A stretch of DNA of 63,668 bases, filler included, from Rhabdomonas costata (Eukaryota): assembly GCA_019059605.1 (NCBI GenBank). It is 56 parts of 56 records of this genome, joined end to end, with 100 filler letters (N's around TTAATTAATTAA, not from the genome) between each part and the next. Parts side by side here need not be neighbours in the genome. Positions count along the whole stretch, not along the records: positions 23,927 to 24,965 come from JAHMHO010031982.1; positions 25,066 to 26,104 come from JAHMHO010031983.1; positions 26,205 to 27,243 come from JAHMHO010031984.1; positions 27,344 to 28,382 come from JAHMHO010031985.1; positions 28,483 to 29,521 come from JAHMHO010031986.1; positions 29,622 to 30,661 come from JAHMHO010031987.1; positions 30,762 to 31,800 come from JAHMHO010031988.1; positions 31,901 to 32,939 come from JAHMHO010031989.1; 48 more parts are not named here. One strand, 5' to 3'. Position numbers and translations under genes: made by a program. A model generated the notes under the pieces. That model saw only the letters and a program-made list of their open reading frames with translations, ran no database searches and was not told the DNA's origin. Position 1 is the first letter of the stretch. Each line of letters begins with the position of its first letter. Below are positions 24,297 through 36,249 of this stretch, piece by piece.

Positions 24297-26699
24297 GTGT
24301 GTACACCGCCGGGAAATTCACCCATGATAGTCGATTGCCGTAGTCCTGGACTGCGTTGATTACGGATTACTGTTAGATTAATTTCGTCTTTTTGCCAGCG
24401 TACAACGGAATTTCCCCGAAATTAGGGTTTGATTGCCAATTTCTGGTTGCTAGATTACCGACAACCGAAGAGCCAAACTGACCGAAAACTTATCTATTCT
24501 CGATTACCCTCGATTACCATGACTCCTCGTCATCCCTTGCCACGTAAGTCCACAGGGAGCAAGTTCTGCAGATTTGAAGGGCGCGATTGAGAGAAGGTGA
24601 CCAGACATCTTTCTTCCCTGAGCAGTTTTTCGGCAGTGTGGGTGTTTGTGACTGTTCTGGGCTTCTGAGCTCAGTATACTCTTGGCCGAAATGTTCAGCA
24701 GCACCGCTTGGATCCAAAATAATCCCAACGAGACCAGACAGGTTCTACGTCTCGGTGGCAACGGGGGTCGTTGCGGTTGCAAAGGCGCAAATGACCCAAC
24801 AACACAAAGAACAAAGGCACAGAAGAAAGAGGGAAACGTTGGAAGAGACTTCTGGATTTTAAGGCATCAATGCAAAAAAAAACGATGCATTGTGGTAAAT
24901 CGCGCGGCCAAGTAGAGTCAAACAACCTCTGTTGCTCACATTGTGGTCCTGCAAAACCCAAAAACNNNNNNNNNNNNNNNNNNNNNNNNNNNNNNNNNNN
25001 NNNNNNNNNTTAATTAATTAANNNNNNNNNNNNNNNNNNNNNNNNNNNNNNNNNNNNNNNNNNNNGGGTGGTTGGAGGGGGAAGTGCCCGACTGAGCCAG
25101 GGTGTGGATGGGTTATTCGTGGTTGAATGCTGTCCGCATGTCTGGGCACATTCGATGCTTCCCTGGAATAATGAAAAAGCGAACCCCAAAAAGGAAACGA
25201 ATAAAAAACGGCTCAAAACCTGAGTTGTCGATTGCTCACAGAAAATAAAAAACGAACCCACATAAACACCAACCAGTTTGCCATACGCTCCGGAGCGGTT
25301 GCAAACTGGAACAGAAAAAAATCATAAAAAAATGTTCCTTCACAATCACTGCATTTCCCTCAACATCCCTTTATCACTCGGCAAACCTGGGGTTGGGTCG
25401 TTGGGTCCCGGAACAAATACAAAATCTGAGAGATGAAAGCACCGGCAGAATACACAGCAGGCGAAAATAAATGAAGAGTAAAAACAGCGAAAACGGAGGT
25501 GAGGGTGTGACAGAGCTACTACCTGCCCCTCCCCGAAGTCACAATCCACGATTTTCCGAGAGCATTTTTTTTTCGGACATTTCAACCCAACAGAGATCGC
25601 CTATCAATCGAAATTGTCTCCTCATGACCCCGAACAAGGGCAAGGCCCCGCTTGTCGAACGTCGGAGCGAATAACCGCACTTGGGAATGCACTTGCACAA
25701 TTCGGAAACTTTGGAACAAGTCACATCTATGCCTGGAGTCCCCGATTGGTATTGGAAGCTGCTTTGGTCGAGCTTTTCGGATGCATGAGTGGGTGGATGG
25801 GAGGTTGTTTTAACCCCGGCAGGTGGGAGTGTCGGGGTGTCAGCACGAGCGTGTAGGAACGCGCAGCGCAGTGCAAGAAGCACGCACGGGCTTTGGAGGC
25901 CAGCTCAGGGAACTCCGCGAGGACCTCTGCCAGGCGGTCAAACCCCATAGTGTACCTGGTCCGGTCCGACTGAGAGAACTGGTGGCTGAAGGTGCTGGCG
26001 TTGCCTGCGCACCATCCACACACCGCCATCCCTGACGGGCCTGCACCTGCACCTCGCAACATAGCGTTTGCCCAAAAGCAAACGAAAATCATTTCACACC
26101 CAACNNNNNNNNNNNNNNNNNNNNNNNNNNNNNNNNNNNNNNNNNNNNTTAATTAATTAANNNNNNNNNNNNNNNNNNNNNNNNNNNNNNNNNNNNNNNN
26201 NNNNCCCGTGCTGCACGACAGGGTTGTGGCGGTGAGGGGTGGGTCCATGAGCATCACCATCACCACCATGAACGGCATCCAGAACAAACACACCGAAAAC
26301 GCAAAGAAGAAGTAGTACTCGTACGGTCGCTCGGTATTATTTCTTGCCGCGGCCCACCATTGGAAGAAAGACAGAAACGCATATCATCGCCCAGTTTTCC
26401 GAGTGACTCTCGATGAAGATCCTGTATTCACCGGTCTGAGGAAGATCATTTGGCTTCGTGTCCCAAGAAGCCACCAGAAGCCCGGAGATGCTTGAAGGTG
26501 CTTGGAAGGAACTATTTTGACGTTTGCGAGCAGTCGTTGGTTAAGGCATCATCTACTCAACACCGTGTAATCTTCCAGCCGTGTATCACTGTGGTGCGGC
26601 ACGTCCATTGACTGATATTGTTCCTTGCGAATGTCGAATTTCCTATGGGATATGGGATGTGGGAAATATCAGACGGTACAATATCGGAATATTGTAGAC

Positions 26700-27140
26700 G
26701 GCACAATGCCGGTAGATGATTGTCTTCTATAGAATGCGGGTGCCTTAAGGTTCAGGAATTGCGCGCGCAGATTGCGGAGTGTTGACTAAGGAGTTCAAGT
26801 CATAGGACGCGCGCTGTAATGCAAACTGGTGATTTTAGTTCTTGAACCCAGCTGCAATTGTAACCTCTGGTTGCCGATGTAAAAGGTGCCGGTACCACAG
26901 TAGGTTGCTTGAGGAGACCAACCCAATGCAACACATGAGTTTGCTCAGAGCTCGTGCGGTTGCTCATTGCCGCATTGCTTTGAAGTCCACCAAATTACAG
27001 TAAATCCAGTGACAGGACCGCGTGCCTTTGCTTGTGTCGAGGAAAACTGGAAAATTTATATCACCTTAGAGTCACCGGATTATTTTCTCAAGCGTTCTAA
27101 GTTCTTCGGCGTCTACCTCGATAAGAACATCTGCTGGGGA
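26700..27140 (+). mobile_element. Highly decayed non-LTR retrotransposon reverse-transcriptase relic (tentative)
   Basis: VDDCLL at ~26712 and KFFGVYLDKNICW at 27099-27137 resemble the YADD and KFLGV.ID..L.W motifs. Many stops are present. Confidence 0.35.
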
Positions 27141-27343
27141 TTTTTTAGCTTCGCAACTTATTGATTTAGAAATCCTGGCATGGATGCCGTTGTTCATTTT
27201 TTATCAAGTTTAAGAAATCTATCGACGTGTCGCCCACCACCCCNNNNNNNNNNNNNNNNNNNNNNNNNNNNNNNNNNNNNNNNNNNNTTAATTAATTAAN
27301 NNNNNNNNNNNNNNNNNNNNNNNNNNNNNNNNNNNNNNNNNNN

Positions 27344-27474
27344 GGGGGGTGTGGCCGGGGCAGTGATGTACCCAGCCACCGCAGAGGCAGCGACCACTGC
27401 GGGGGAGCCCAGGAAGCACTTCGAGCTGGGGTGCCCCATCCTTCCCTTGAAGTTGCGATTGGTGGCGGAGATGC
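27344..27474 (-). CDS. Homoaconitase (LYS4-type, aconitase family) exon
   Basis: [57 protein letters not shown] is the homoaconitase form, whereas fungal LEU1 has STSNRNFEGRQG. Confidence 0.8.
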
Positions 27475-27809
27475 CTGAAAAATGCACATGCACATATTCA
27501 TCAATAATTTGTTCCTTCGTTCGCTCACACATTCAGTCACACTCACTTAATGTTGAGACTCTTTGACGCCCTGGGGACTAAGAAAGAGGGGGAAATGATT
27601 CTGGGGAGGGATGCCCATACAATGGGTATTATCGCCATTATACATTAACATCATTACACTATAATATCATTACTCTATATTATACTATAACGATATTATA
27701 GGGTAAAATACCACTGTGCGCCTCGTGTAATGAAATTATAGAATAATATCATTATATAATAATGGCTGTAATACCCCATTATAGCTACAATACACATTGT
27801 GCATCCGAA

Positions 27810-27998
27810 GTTAGAAGGCGATGCACGCGCAACCTGGGGATTCCCATGGAAGCTTTCGCAAGAGGGTCAGGAGGCGACGCACGTGTACCCTGGGACTCCA
27901 ATAGAAACGTCTGCAGGGGGTTAGGAGGCGACGCACGCGCTACCTGGAATTCAATAGAAGGTTTGCAGGGGGGTAGGAGGCGATGCAGATGTTCCCTG
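27810..27998 (+). repeat. Tandem array of 3.5 x ~54-bp units inside AT-rich inverted flanks
   Basis: Units start at ~27810, 27866, 27920 and 27972 with consensus GTTAGGAGGCGAYGCACG..CCTGGGA.TCCAATAGAAG.TTTGCAGGGG. Confidence 0.85.
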
Positions 27999-29630
27999 CG
28001 GCCCTCCGCGTCCCAAGATTTTAGGTTTTTACGGGGGGAAAGATTTATTTCAATTATGGGGTATTATAGCCATTATACTAAATATCAATATACTATAATG
28101 ATACTATCCTAAAATAATTTTTATGAATAATACCACTATACGGGCTATATAATACCATTATAGTATAATGATATTATTTTTAAACGATGAAAAGACCTCC
28201 ACACAAGTCCAGTGTTCAAAGTCCGGCGCACACAACAGCCGCACAGATGCAAAGAGAAGAGAACGTGAGTGCGGGAAAACAGTGCAGTTTGAAGGGAGGA
28301 ACAATAACAAAAGCTTTCAAGCAGTCAATGAAGGAAGACACTGGTGAAACATGACAACAGCAGCAACTACCGCACCCAACCCNNNNNNNNNNNNNNNNNN
28401 NNNNNNNNNNNNNNNNNNNNNNNNNNTTAATTAATTAANNNNNNNNNNNNNNNNNNNNNNNNNNNNNNNNNNNNNNNNNNNNGGTGTTGTGTCATCTAAC
28501 TTTAGTGATTGAATTCTGGGCAATCATGCGCGCCGAGGCAACGCATTTTTGTACAGAAGCCTGAGACACGTGGGAGCAGGCGGAGGGTCTTGGCCTGTTG
28601 TCTAGAGGGCCGGCACCCCACATCCGACAAGTGCTATGGGACCCTCCGAACGAGCACCAGGCAGCCCGCGTCTTAGGTTACGGGCAGCTTTTCTTTCCAT
28701 CATCGCTCTCCTTCACTGGTGCGTGTGTGGATTGAATTGTGCGGGGGGGGGGTCACTGCATTCCCATTCGCGTTCGGTTGCAATTTGCAATTGGTGAGAG
28801 CTGCGTTTCCTTGAGATCCCACAGAAAAAGAGTGGCCACAAGGCAAAGACGTTTCTGCGCTAAGCTGGGGACCAGTTATGGGCTTCGTACTTCGGACTCA
28901 TGGAATTCTGGTTCTCGGGGCGCAGTGGGGACCAGCGCCGCGAAGCGAGCAGAAGTCACCCTCCGTGGTCGGTGGGCCGAAAGAGAACACCTTGTGGTTC
29001 ACTCGTCAGCGGAATGCCGCTGTTTAGAAACCCCCTAGTCTGCAGCTGCTTGAGTGTTCCCCAGTTGCATGGGTTTAAACTCGACTCGAGGAGACTCCAG
29101 GATCGGTAAAAATAAAGCGAGCGTTTGGCACGAGGCGAAGGAAAACAAGGTCAACCACACACGGAAGAATTCAGCCATCTTGCTTCCTTCCCCCACGCTC
29201 CTGAACAACGGCGGGAAACAAAAGCACACTCCAATCACAGCAGTGTCGCAGTATCATCGCCTTCTCTTTCGCCTCGTCGCCGTCGCCTTCTCCCCCATTT
29301 ACAGTCAACAGCGGAAAACCGAGGGAGGAAAAAGAAGATAAAAAATTCCACGCCTTTTTTTAACCCCCATTCTTGGCGAGGTTGGCACACTTCCCCGACC
29401 TCTACTTTCTACTTCATACTCCCAGCGACCCACCAAAACTACATCATCAACATCAAAACAATATACTGCCGTCCCCCTCATTCAGGAACGACGGATGGCT
29501 AAAATTTGGGACCCAACCACANNNNNNNNNNNNNNNNNNNNNNNNNNNNNNNNNNNNNNNNNNNNTTAATTAATTAANNNNNNNNNNNNNNNNNNNNNNN
29601 NNNNNNNNNNNNNNNNNNNNNGGTGTGTGG

Positions 29631-29706
29631 GTGTGAGTGTGAGTGTGAGTGTGAGTGTGAGTGTGAGTGTGAGTGTGAGTGTGAGTGTGAGTGTGAGTGT
29701 GAGTGT
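29631..29706. repeat. (GAGTGT)n hexamer microsatellite, intronic
   Basis: About 12 perfect units. Confidence 0.95.
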
Positions 29707-29729
29707 GTGTCAAGGACGCGTCCAGACAC

Positions 29730-30251
29730 CTGGGCAAGCCTGAGACAGGCAAAAAAGGGGGCCAGCAGGGAGTTCGGGTGCTGCAGGAGGTGCTGGTACA
29801 GGTCCTGGAGGATGTCCATCAGGGTGAGAAACTCCGTCTTCAGGATCTGCGTGCACGCATGCCAACACACCATTGGTGGGGGCAAGGCAAGGATGATGCC
29901 ACACCACAAATTCGACCGCTGTGGGCGGGTCTCTTCTCTGCTGGTCTCTCTCTGTCCTCGGTGCAAAGCAGTGTGTTTAGTCAGGAGGTTAGCCTCCTTC
30001 GAGTTATCAACAGCTCTGAAGAAACACGCAAAATCTGCGCAACGAAGAGAAAGAAAGGGGAGAGGATGAACCAACCCAAGGCATGGGGTTTCCCGGACCA
30101 CCAGCAACCGCAGACACACGCCGAGGGATAATTATGGGCGGGGACCGTTTTCAGCAGAAAGCTTCCCCCACGGGACTTCAGGAACTGGCCCTGGCGGCCA
30201 CCACCAGGCTTCAGCGCGTGCGAGTCGTCCAGGTCCCACTCCCAAAGATAT
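29730..30251 (-). CDS. Phosphatidylinositol phosphate kinase (PIP5K domain); exons 30251-30146 and 29846-29730
   Basis: Spliced product KPGGGRQGQFLKSRGGSFLLKT|ILKTEFLTLMDILQDLYQHLLQHPNSLLAPFF matches the PIPK G-loop, IIKT..E and Y.H....P.SLL motifs. Confidence 0.8.
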
Positions 30252-30989
30252 CTGAGAACCCCACCAAAGATATCGGAGATTCCCCCGTCTTCACCCATGC
30301 ACCGTCCGACCGAGGGAAAGTCAGTCAGACAAAAATGCAGATCGAGTGAACCCGATGGCTGATCTGGAGGCAATAAGTTGGCGAGGAGGAGCTGATATGG
30401 ACATATGGACCATTCCGGCGACCGCGTCATCGCTGGAAGTTTGATTACGGATAAATTTTCCTGCACCTCCACCAGTATAAACACGGAAAACCGGTGCTTT
30501 GCGTCCAACGTCCTTTAGCGGCTAACTCGAAGAGAAAGCATGCTATTGCCCATCATCGTTGCTCAGGAAGTGCACCTTATCATTTGGCTGGTGGCCCACA
30601 CAAAACCAGGACTTTATATTCCAAATCCTTTCAATTGTAGTGAACTAGGTACAGCAAACCGNNNNNNNNNNNNNNNNNNNNNNNNNNNNNNNNNNNNNNN
30701 NNNNNTTAATTAATTAANNNNNNNNNNNNNNNNNNNNNNNNNNNNNNNNNNNNNNNNNNNNGTTGTGTGGTGCCCGTATAGCTGTTTTTCTGGCTGATAT
30801 GTCCAAATCGAAACCTTCCCGCAGTCTCGATTTGGACATATCAGCCAGAAAAACAGCTATACGGGCACCACAGTCGCAGGCATTCCTGGAAGTCACCGCC
30901 CTGATTAAACGCAGTTACTGGATGTGGATGAGTCCACTCTCTGGCTGTCATTTCTGGACATACGGAACCAGGACATTAAACAGTATCGC

Positions 30990-31080
30990 CACCATTGATT
31001 GCTATGCGGACGTGCGGATGTCACACATGATTGCCTACACATCATGGACGTGTGCCAACACCACAACTCGTGGCTACTGA
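30990..31080 (+). mobile_element. Possible LINE ORF2 C-terminal CCHC zinc-knuckle relic
   Basis: *LLCGRADVTHDCLHIMDVC resembles C..CG......H....C. Confidence 0.3.
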
Positions 31081-34000
31081 CACCGCGCTGCTGGTAGCAG
31101 ATAATGGCGCTGAAGAAGTGGATGACACCAGGCTGGATGCTCTCAATGGTGGAAGCGCGGAATCTGAAGGCGGAGGTCTCTGATGTGCAGCAGCCCGTGC
31201 CCAAAGATGTCACCATCATGCACGCAATACACACCAATTTCAGACACAGACAAGCCATTATTTAGCCGTACCTGACTCCCAAGTACCCAGTGTTACCACA
31301 CAGCAGATTGACATGACACCAGCCGCCAAGACCGACAACAGCCAAGACATCACCACCAATCAACCGCATTACCGTTACCTTCACATAGGTGCCGTGTCAC
31401 GTCAACTGCAAGTACGCAACCCGTCCTACAGAACCACTCCATACACACGCACATACACCCAAACATACGCATCCATAACAGTCGCGTAACAACGTTAGCA
31501 GAACCATCACAATACGCACTTGTTTAGCACATCTACACGTATCCACAAGCTTCACACATGTCAGGCGTTACTATCCTAACGGAGGTGCATACCTCGTAAA
31601 AAAATCAATCACAAGTAATAGGTTCTAACCTCTTGGATGTGTTTAGAATTCTCACTAACGTAGTATTCGTTTGTTTGTGCTCAATGTCAAAGATAAGAGC
31701 ACTCAAAGGCCGTCATTTTATCGGTGGAGGCAGAGTAGGCGCCTAAAAAAGAGAAAACAAGTTACAAAAATGAATATGCGGTGTCTCATGTCAGGCAAAG
31801 NNNNNNNNNNNNNNNNNNNNNNNNNNNNNNNNNNNNNNNNNNNNTTAATTAATTAANNNNNNNNNNNNNNNNNNNNNNNNNNNNNNNNNNNNNNNNNNNN
31901 GTTGGTGGTTGGATTCTTAGGATGTACACGTTAAGATGTTGAGTGTCGCTGCGCCTCCTGTTTGTTGCTTTCCATGTCAAGATACCTTTCCTGTCATAAA
32001 GTCTTCGATGCCCATGTCCAAGTCGGTCAAAACGTCATCGGTATTGTCCGTGCCCCTGGACCGCGAGAAAAGCAGATGGGAGGAGGAAACTTTTCAGAAA
32101 AGTTCGCGCTGACCGGTCGATCGGTTTGGAGCATGCTGCGCATCCCAGGAACGCACCCACCAGGAGGCGCAGCGACACTCAACATCTTAACGTGTACATC
32201 CTAAGAATCCATCCACTGACGTATAACAACATCATGGGTTAAAGTTGCAAGGTGTACATAACCTGACTTTGTGCATGTCAAAGACATTTTCGCTAAGCTT
32301 ATCATCGGTGCACAGCAATGGCTAAGACATTAAGGAAAGCCCTCGACCTACCCCAGTGACATTCTGCCGAAGCAGAGCAGCGCCGTTCGGGCGCGCGACG
32401 GGAGCCGAGCTGGGAGCTCAGCAACGCAAGATAAACGAGGAATTTCACAACAAAGGTCGACTACTTTTGCCTCAAAAGCCAACGACTCACGCCCATGGGT
32501 TTGCTCACCATCTGGAGCTGGTCTCACCTGACTTAGCACCACGCACACTCTGGCTCCCAATCGGTGGTACTAACACTCAGCGTTCCCCAAACAACACCAA
32601 AAGTCAACAGTTAATAGTCCCTTGCCCAGCCTACCAAACTCTCATACGCAATCCTGTAACCAATGAAACTAGAACCAACACATTTCCGGACCAAGCATCA
32701 CCCTGGCCTCGCTCATCCCACTACTGCTTGACCCCAATCAGTGACCTCACGGAGAGCACAATCCACTTCACCGTGGGATCCACGGACAGGAAGTACGCCG
32801 GGCTGTGCAGGCCTCGCTGGTAGCTGCGCTCCACCAGGTTGGCCACTGCAACCTCTGTGATCTCCCTCACAAGCTGCACGGTTTCTGGGTCTGCGGGACG
32901 GTACTGCACCATACGATCTTCCGCAGCCTACACAAACCCNNNNNNNNNNNNNNNNNNNNNNNNNNNNNNNNNNNNNNNNNNNNTTAATTAATTAANNNNN
33001 NNNNNNNNNNNNNNNNNNNNNNNNNNNNNNNNNNNNNNNTGTTTCAAGTACAAAACGACCGCAAACCTGCATGCTAGGGCGTTGGCCTTCTTCCCTCTGG
33101 GTATGCAGTCACAGCCCTACCATCCCTCATGCTCATCAACCCGTATCGACCGACATCCCAGCGCCAAGGAGGGTCATCAATGCGTACAGCAACGTCAGTG
33201 CCCTTAATTGAGCCATGCCTTTCAAGTCCGGAAAAAGGGAGTGCACATGGAGGTGAGAGCTAATTTTCACCACCATCGGCATATAGTTGCCGACTGTTGA
33301 GAATGATGGAAGTTGATACAGAGGTGTCGGTTCACTTTCCAGCCTGCTCGTATTGCGCCACAATATCGTTGCCCACCTGGCCCACCGTGCACAGCCGCAG
33401 CCTCTTTGCCTCGGAAATGGTGGACGCGAGCGAGGGCCCTGTGGGCCACTTCTTTGCCGTAGGCCCCAGCAAGGTGCTTCCGTAGTACACTGCGAGGCGC
33501 GGCGCGAAGGAGCGCGCCTCATGCTCTCCAAGATTGCAACACCCCGCAAAAAAAAAGGGACGCAAACGAAATTCACTCTCTAACTCCTGGGGTGAAAGAT
33601 CAACTTGAACCCCTTCTTGCATCTGCGTCTGTGTCTTTGTGTCTGGTGCGGTTAATTCGTTTTCAACGAGCTCGCAGAGATTGAGGACCGGGAGTGCGAC
33701 TACCCGAGCTTTCAAAAAAAAAGTAAGCCCCCGATTAAAAACCATTCTTGACGCTTAACCAGCGAGCACCCCATCCGGATACACAAAGAATTCTGCGGCA
33801 AGTGGTAACCAACTCTTCGGATTCGGGTTGACACAGACGGGGAAAAATGGACGCAACGAAAATTCATTCCAGAAATCGTGGGGACAACGAAACCTTTTTG
33901 CTGGACAAGGACTGCTGGTAACTGGTCCGCAGAAGAGAAGAAATGGCTGGAGTTTAGATTCATACAAAAGGTGTGCAAACCTACTAGACGGTCCACCAGC

Positions 34001-36070
34001 CCCTCAGCCAGAAGGCTACCGTGGAGGCTTGCACCACCCTCGACCATAACCTGAGAGGGAGAGATCGAAAAAAAAACANNNNNNNNNNNNNNNNNNNNNN
34101 NNNNNNNNNNNNNNNNNNNNNNTTAATTAATTAANNNNNNNNNNNNNNNNNNNNNNNNNNNNNNNNNNNNNNNNNNNNTTTGTGGTGGGGAAAATGGGGG
34201 AAAGGGGTACCCGCGAGACGGTATGATGGGGTGGGTGGGTGTTTGTGTGGGATCAGTTCCGGGCTGTGTTATGTGTGTGTCGCCACGTGCAGTCCCACGC
34301 TTAGGCGCGTGGGTTCGGTTAGACCGCTGGGGGTCTCTCTGTACCCCCTCATACGTCTGCTCGCCTTTGGGTCCTGTTCCAAGGCTCACGCGGGCGGACG
34401 AGTGAGCGAAGAGATCAACTTGGACTCTGATCCCATGGTCAGCCTTATTCTACGCTATGTCTTCTTCGTGCCCCTGACCCCGCTTCTTTCCCGTTTTTAG
34501 TGTTGTGCAACATTCTGAAATGAGGGGGCCCAGTGTACCTTCTTGATAGTCCCCCCCTGTTAGGCGATGCACCGTGTGTTCTACGGCAAGTTTACTGCAG
34601 TGTCTTCTGCTTTTCCGTAACACCCTGCACTCCAGTCAAGATGTTATCAGTGAATTTAAACTCATCGCACCTCTTCCGTCATCGGAAAGTTTCCAGAGGA
34701 AACCCCGGTGCTCATGGATATTGAAGAAGAGCGGAAAAGCTCCCCCAGAATTCCTGGAAGGAGCAAAGCTCTCAGAAGGGGGGATGTGCACTACGGATTG
34801 ACTTCCGGGAGGAAGGTCTTTATCATAAGGATACTTGTCGCATCGTTGTAAATATATAAAGCTTAGCATTCTTCTTTCGATCTCTGGGGCAGCAGTGTGA
34901 AAAGGCAGAAGATTAGTCCCGTCGCATTATTGGTGGGTGTGATTTTCAATGCGAAGGTCCCCATTCTGTTCCCATATTCCGACTGGTTTTTGTGCTGTGC
35001 GGCCCTCGGCGGCGGCTGACTGTTTGAAACCTCGGCTTTTTCTCTCGCGGTTTTTTTCTACTCTAATGGACCATTTCTACTCAATGGAAGTCTTCAAAGC
35101 GAAGCGACACGTTCTATTCTCTTTCTTCCTCTCCAGCAGCTCTGTGTTTGCATTCTCGGTTCGTTCGAGGGGCCCAGAATCCGAAAGGTAAAGGACTAAA
35201 AACCTCTACACCAAAACNNNNNNNNNNNNNNNNNNNNNNNNNNNNNNNNNNNNNNNNNNNNTTAATTAATTAANNNNNNNNNNNNNNNNNNNNNNNNNNN
35301 NNNNNNNNNNNNNNNNNGTGTTGGGTGTGGTTGGGGGGGGTGGGGGCGTGCTCCTCTCTTGTGCTCCGCGGCGGCCCAAGACAACGAGGAAGCAAGACCC
35401 ATTATTACCCGAAACCTCTCCTTCGACTTGCGAACTTTGAAATCCTTTGAACACTTTGAAAAACTTCTTTTCCCCACTCCACCCCCTTGGGCATATGCCA
35501 TACCACCTCCCCTTGAACGAATGCCATTTTCAGTGAATGCCATTTTCAGTCGATACTCTGTCCTTGAGTGGGGGTACGCAGGGGAACAGTGTGCCCCCAG
35601 GATAATTGGGATCTGCCTCAGTAGGGATATTTCAAGATATTTGATGCGATCACTCGATACTGGATGGTTTGGTCCATCCCTTGTTTTCTTCCTCTTTATT
35701 TCCAGGAAAAGTGCATTCACTTCAAAATGAAGTATGCATAGCAAGCCAAATAACCTTAGCAGAAATCCGGGTAGGAAAAATGGCGTTCGTCCATAGGGGA
35801 GGGGGGGAGGTTAAGAACGTGCATCGCCCCTTTGACGCCCTCAGAATTGAATGATCATACTAACTACCATTATGCCAACTTTTGAACCCTTGAGATGCGA
35901 GATAATGAAAACCGCTTCACCGTGCTAATGCACAGTACGCTGAGGGGATTAGCCTTTCCACTCTTCAAAACCATGGTAGCGCCTCAAAGGATGGGAGAGA
36001 AATGTGTCCTCTCTCTCCGGTGGGTATGAGGTTTGTTCTGTTTGGATTGCTCGCCCTCGCTCCCTAACAG

Positions 36071-36249
36071 TGCTGATTATGCTGGTGTTCATGGCGGTGG
36101 AGTTCTTATTCATCATCCCCATTCACGTGCTCTCGGCGTACCTCATTGGGCTGTGGATCGCGAAGCGCCATGAGCTCCGTGTGATCGTGTCGCCTATTGC
36201 CATCCTGTGGTTCCCCATCCTGGCCCGGGGCTTGTTCTACACCGGCCTG
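36071..36249 (+). CDS. Multi-pass membrane protein exon, PrsW-protease-like (tentative)
   Basis: TAACAG|..FIIPIHVLSAYLIGLWIAKR..ILWFPILARGLFY|GT is hydrophobic with a P.H....G...A pattern. Confidence 0.45.

Noticed and set aside
27810-27998. CRISPR array
   Set aside because: The whole ~54-bp unit is repeated with no unique spacers, the context is eukaryotic, and no cas genes are present.
29574-30119. ORFs with HS, HT or CE dipeptide repeats as metal-binding proteins
   Set aside because: They are translations of the intronic (GAGTGT)n microsatellite.
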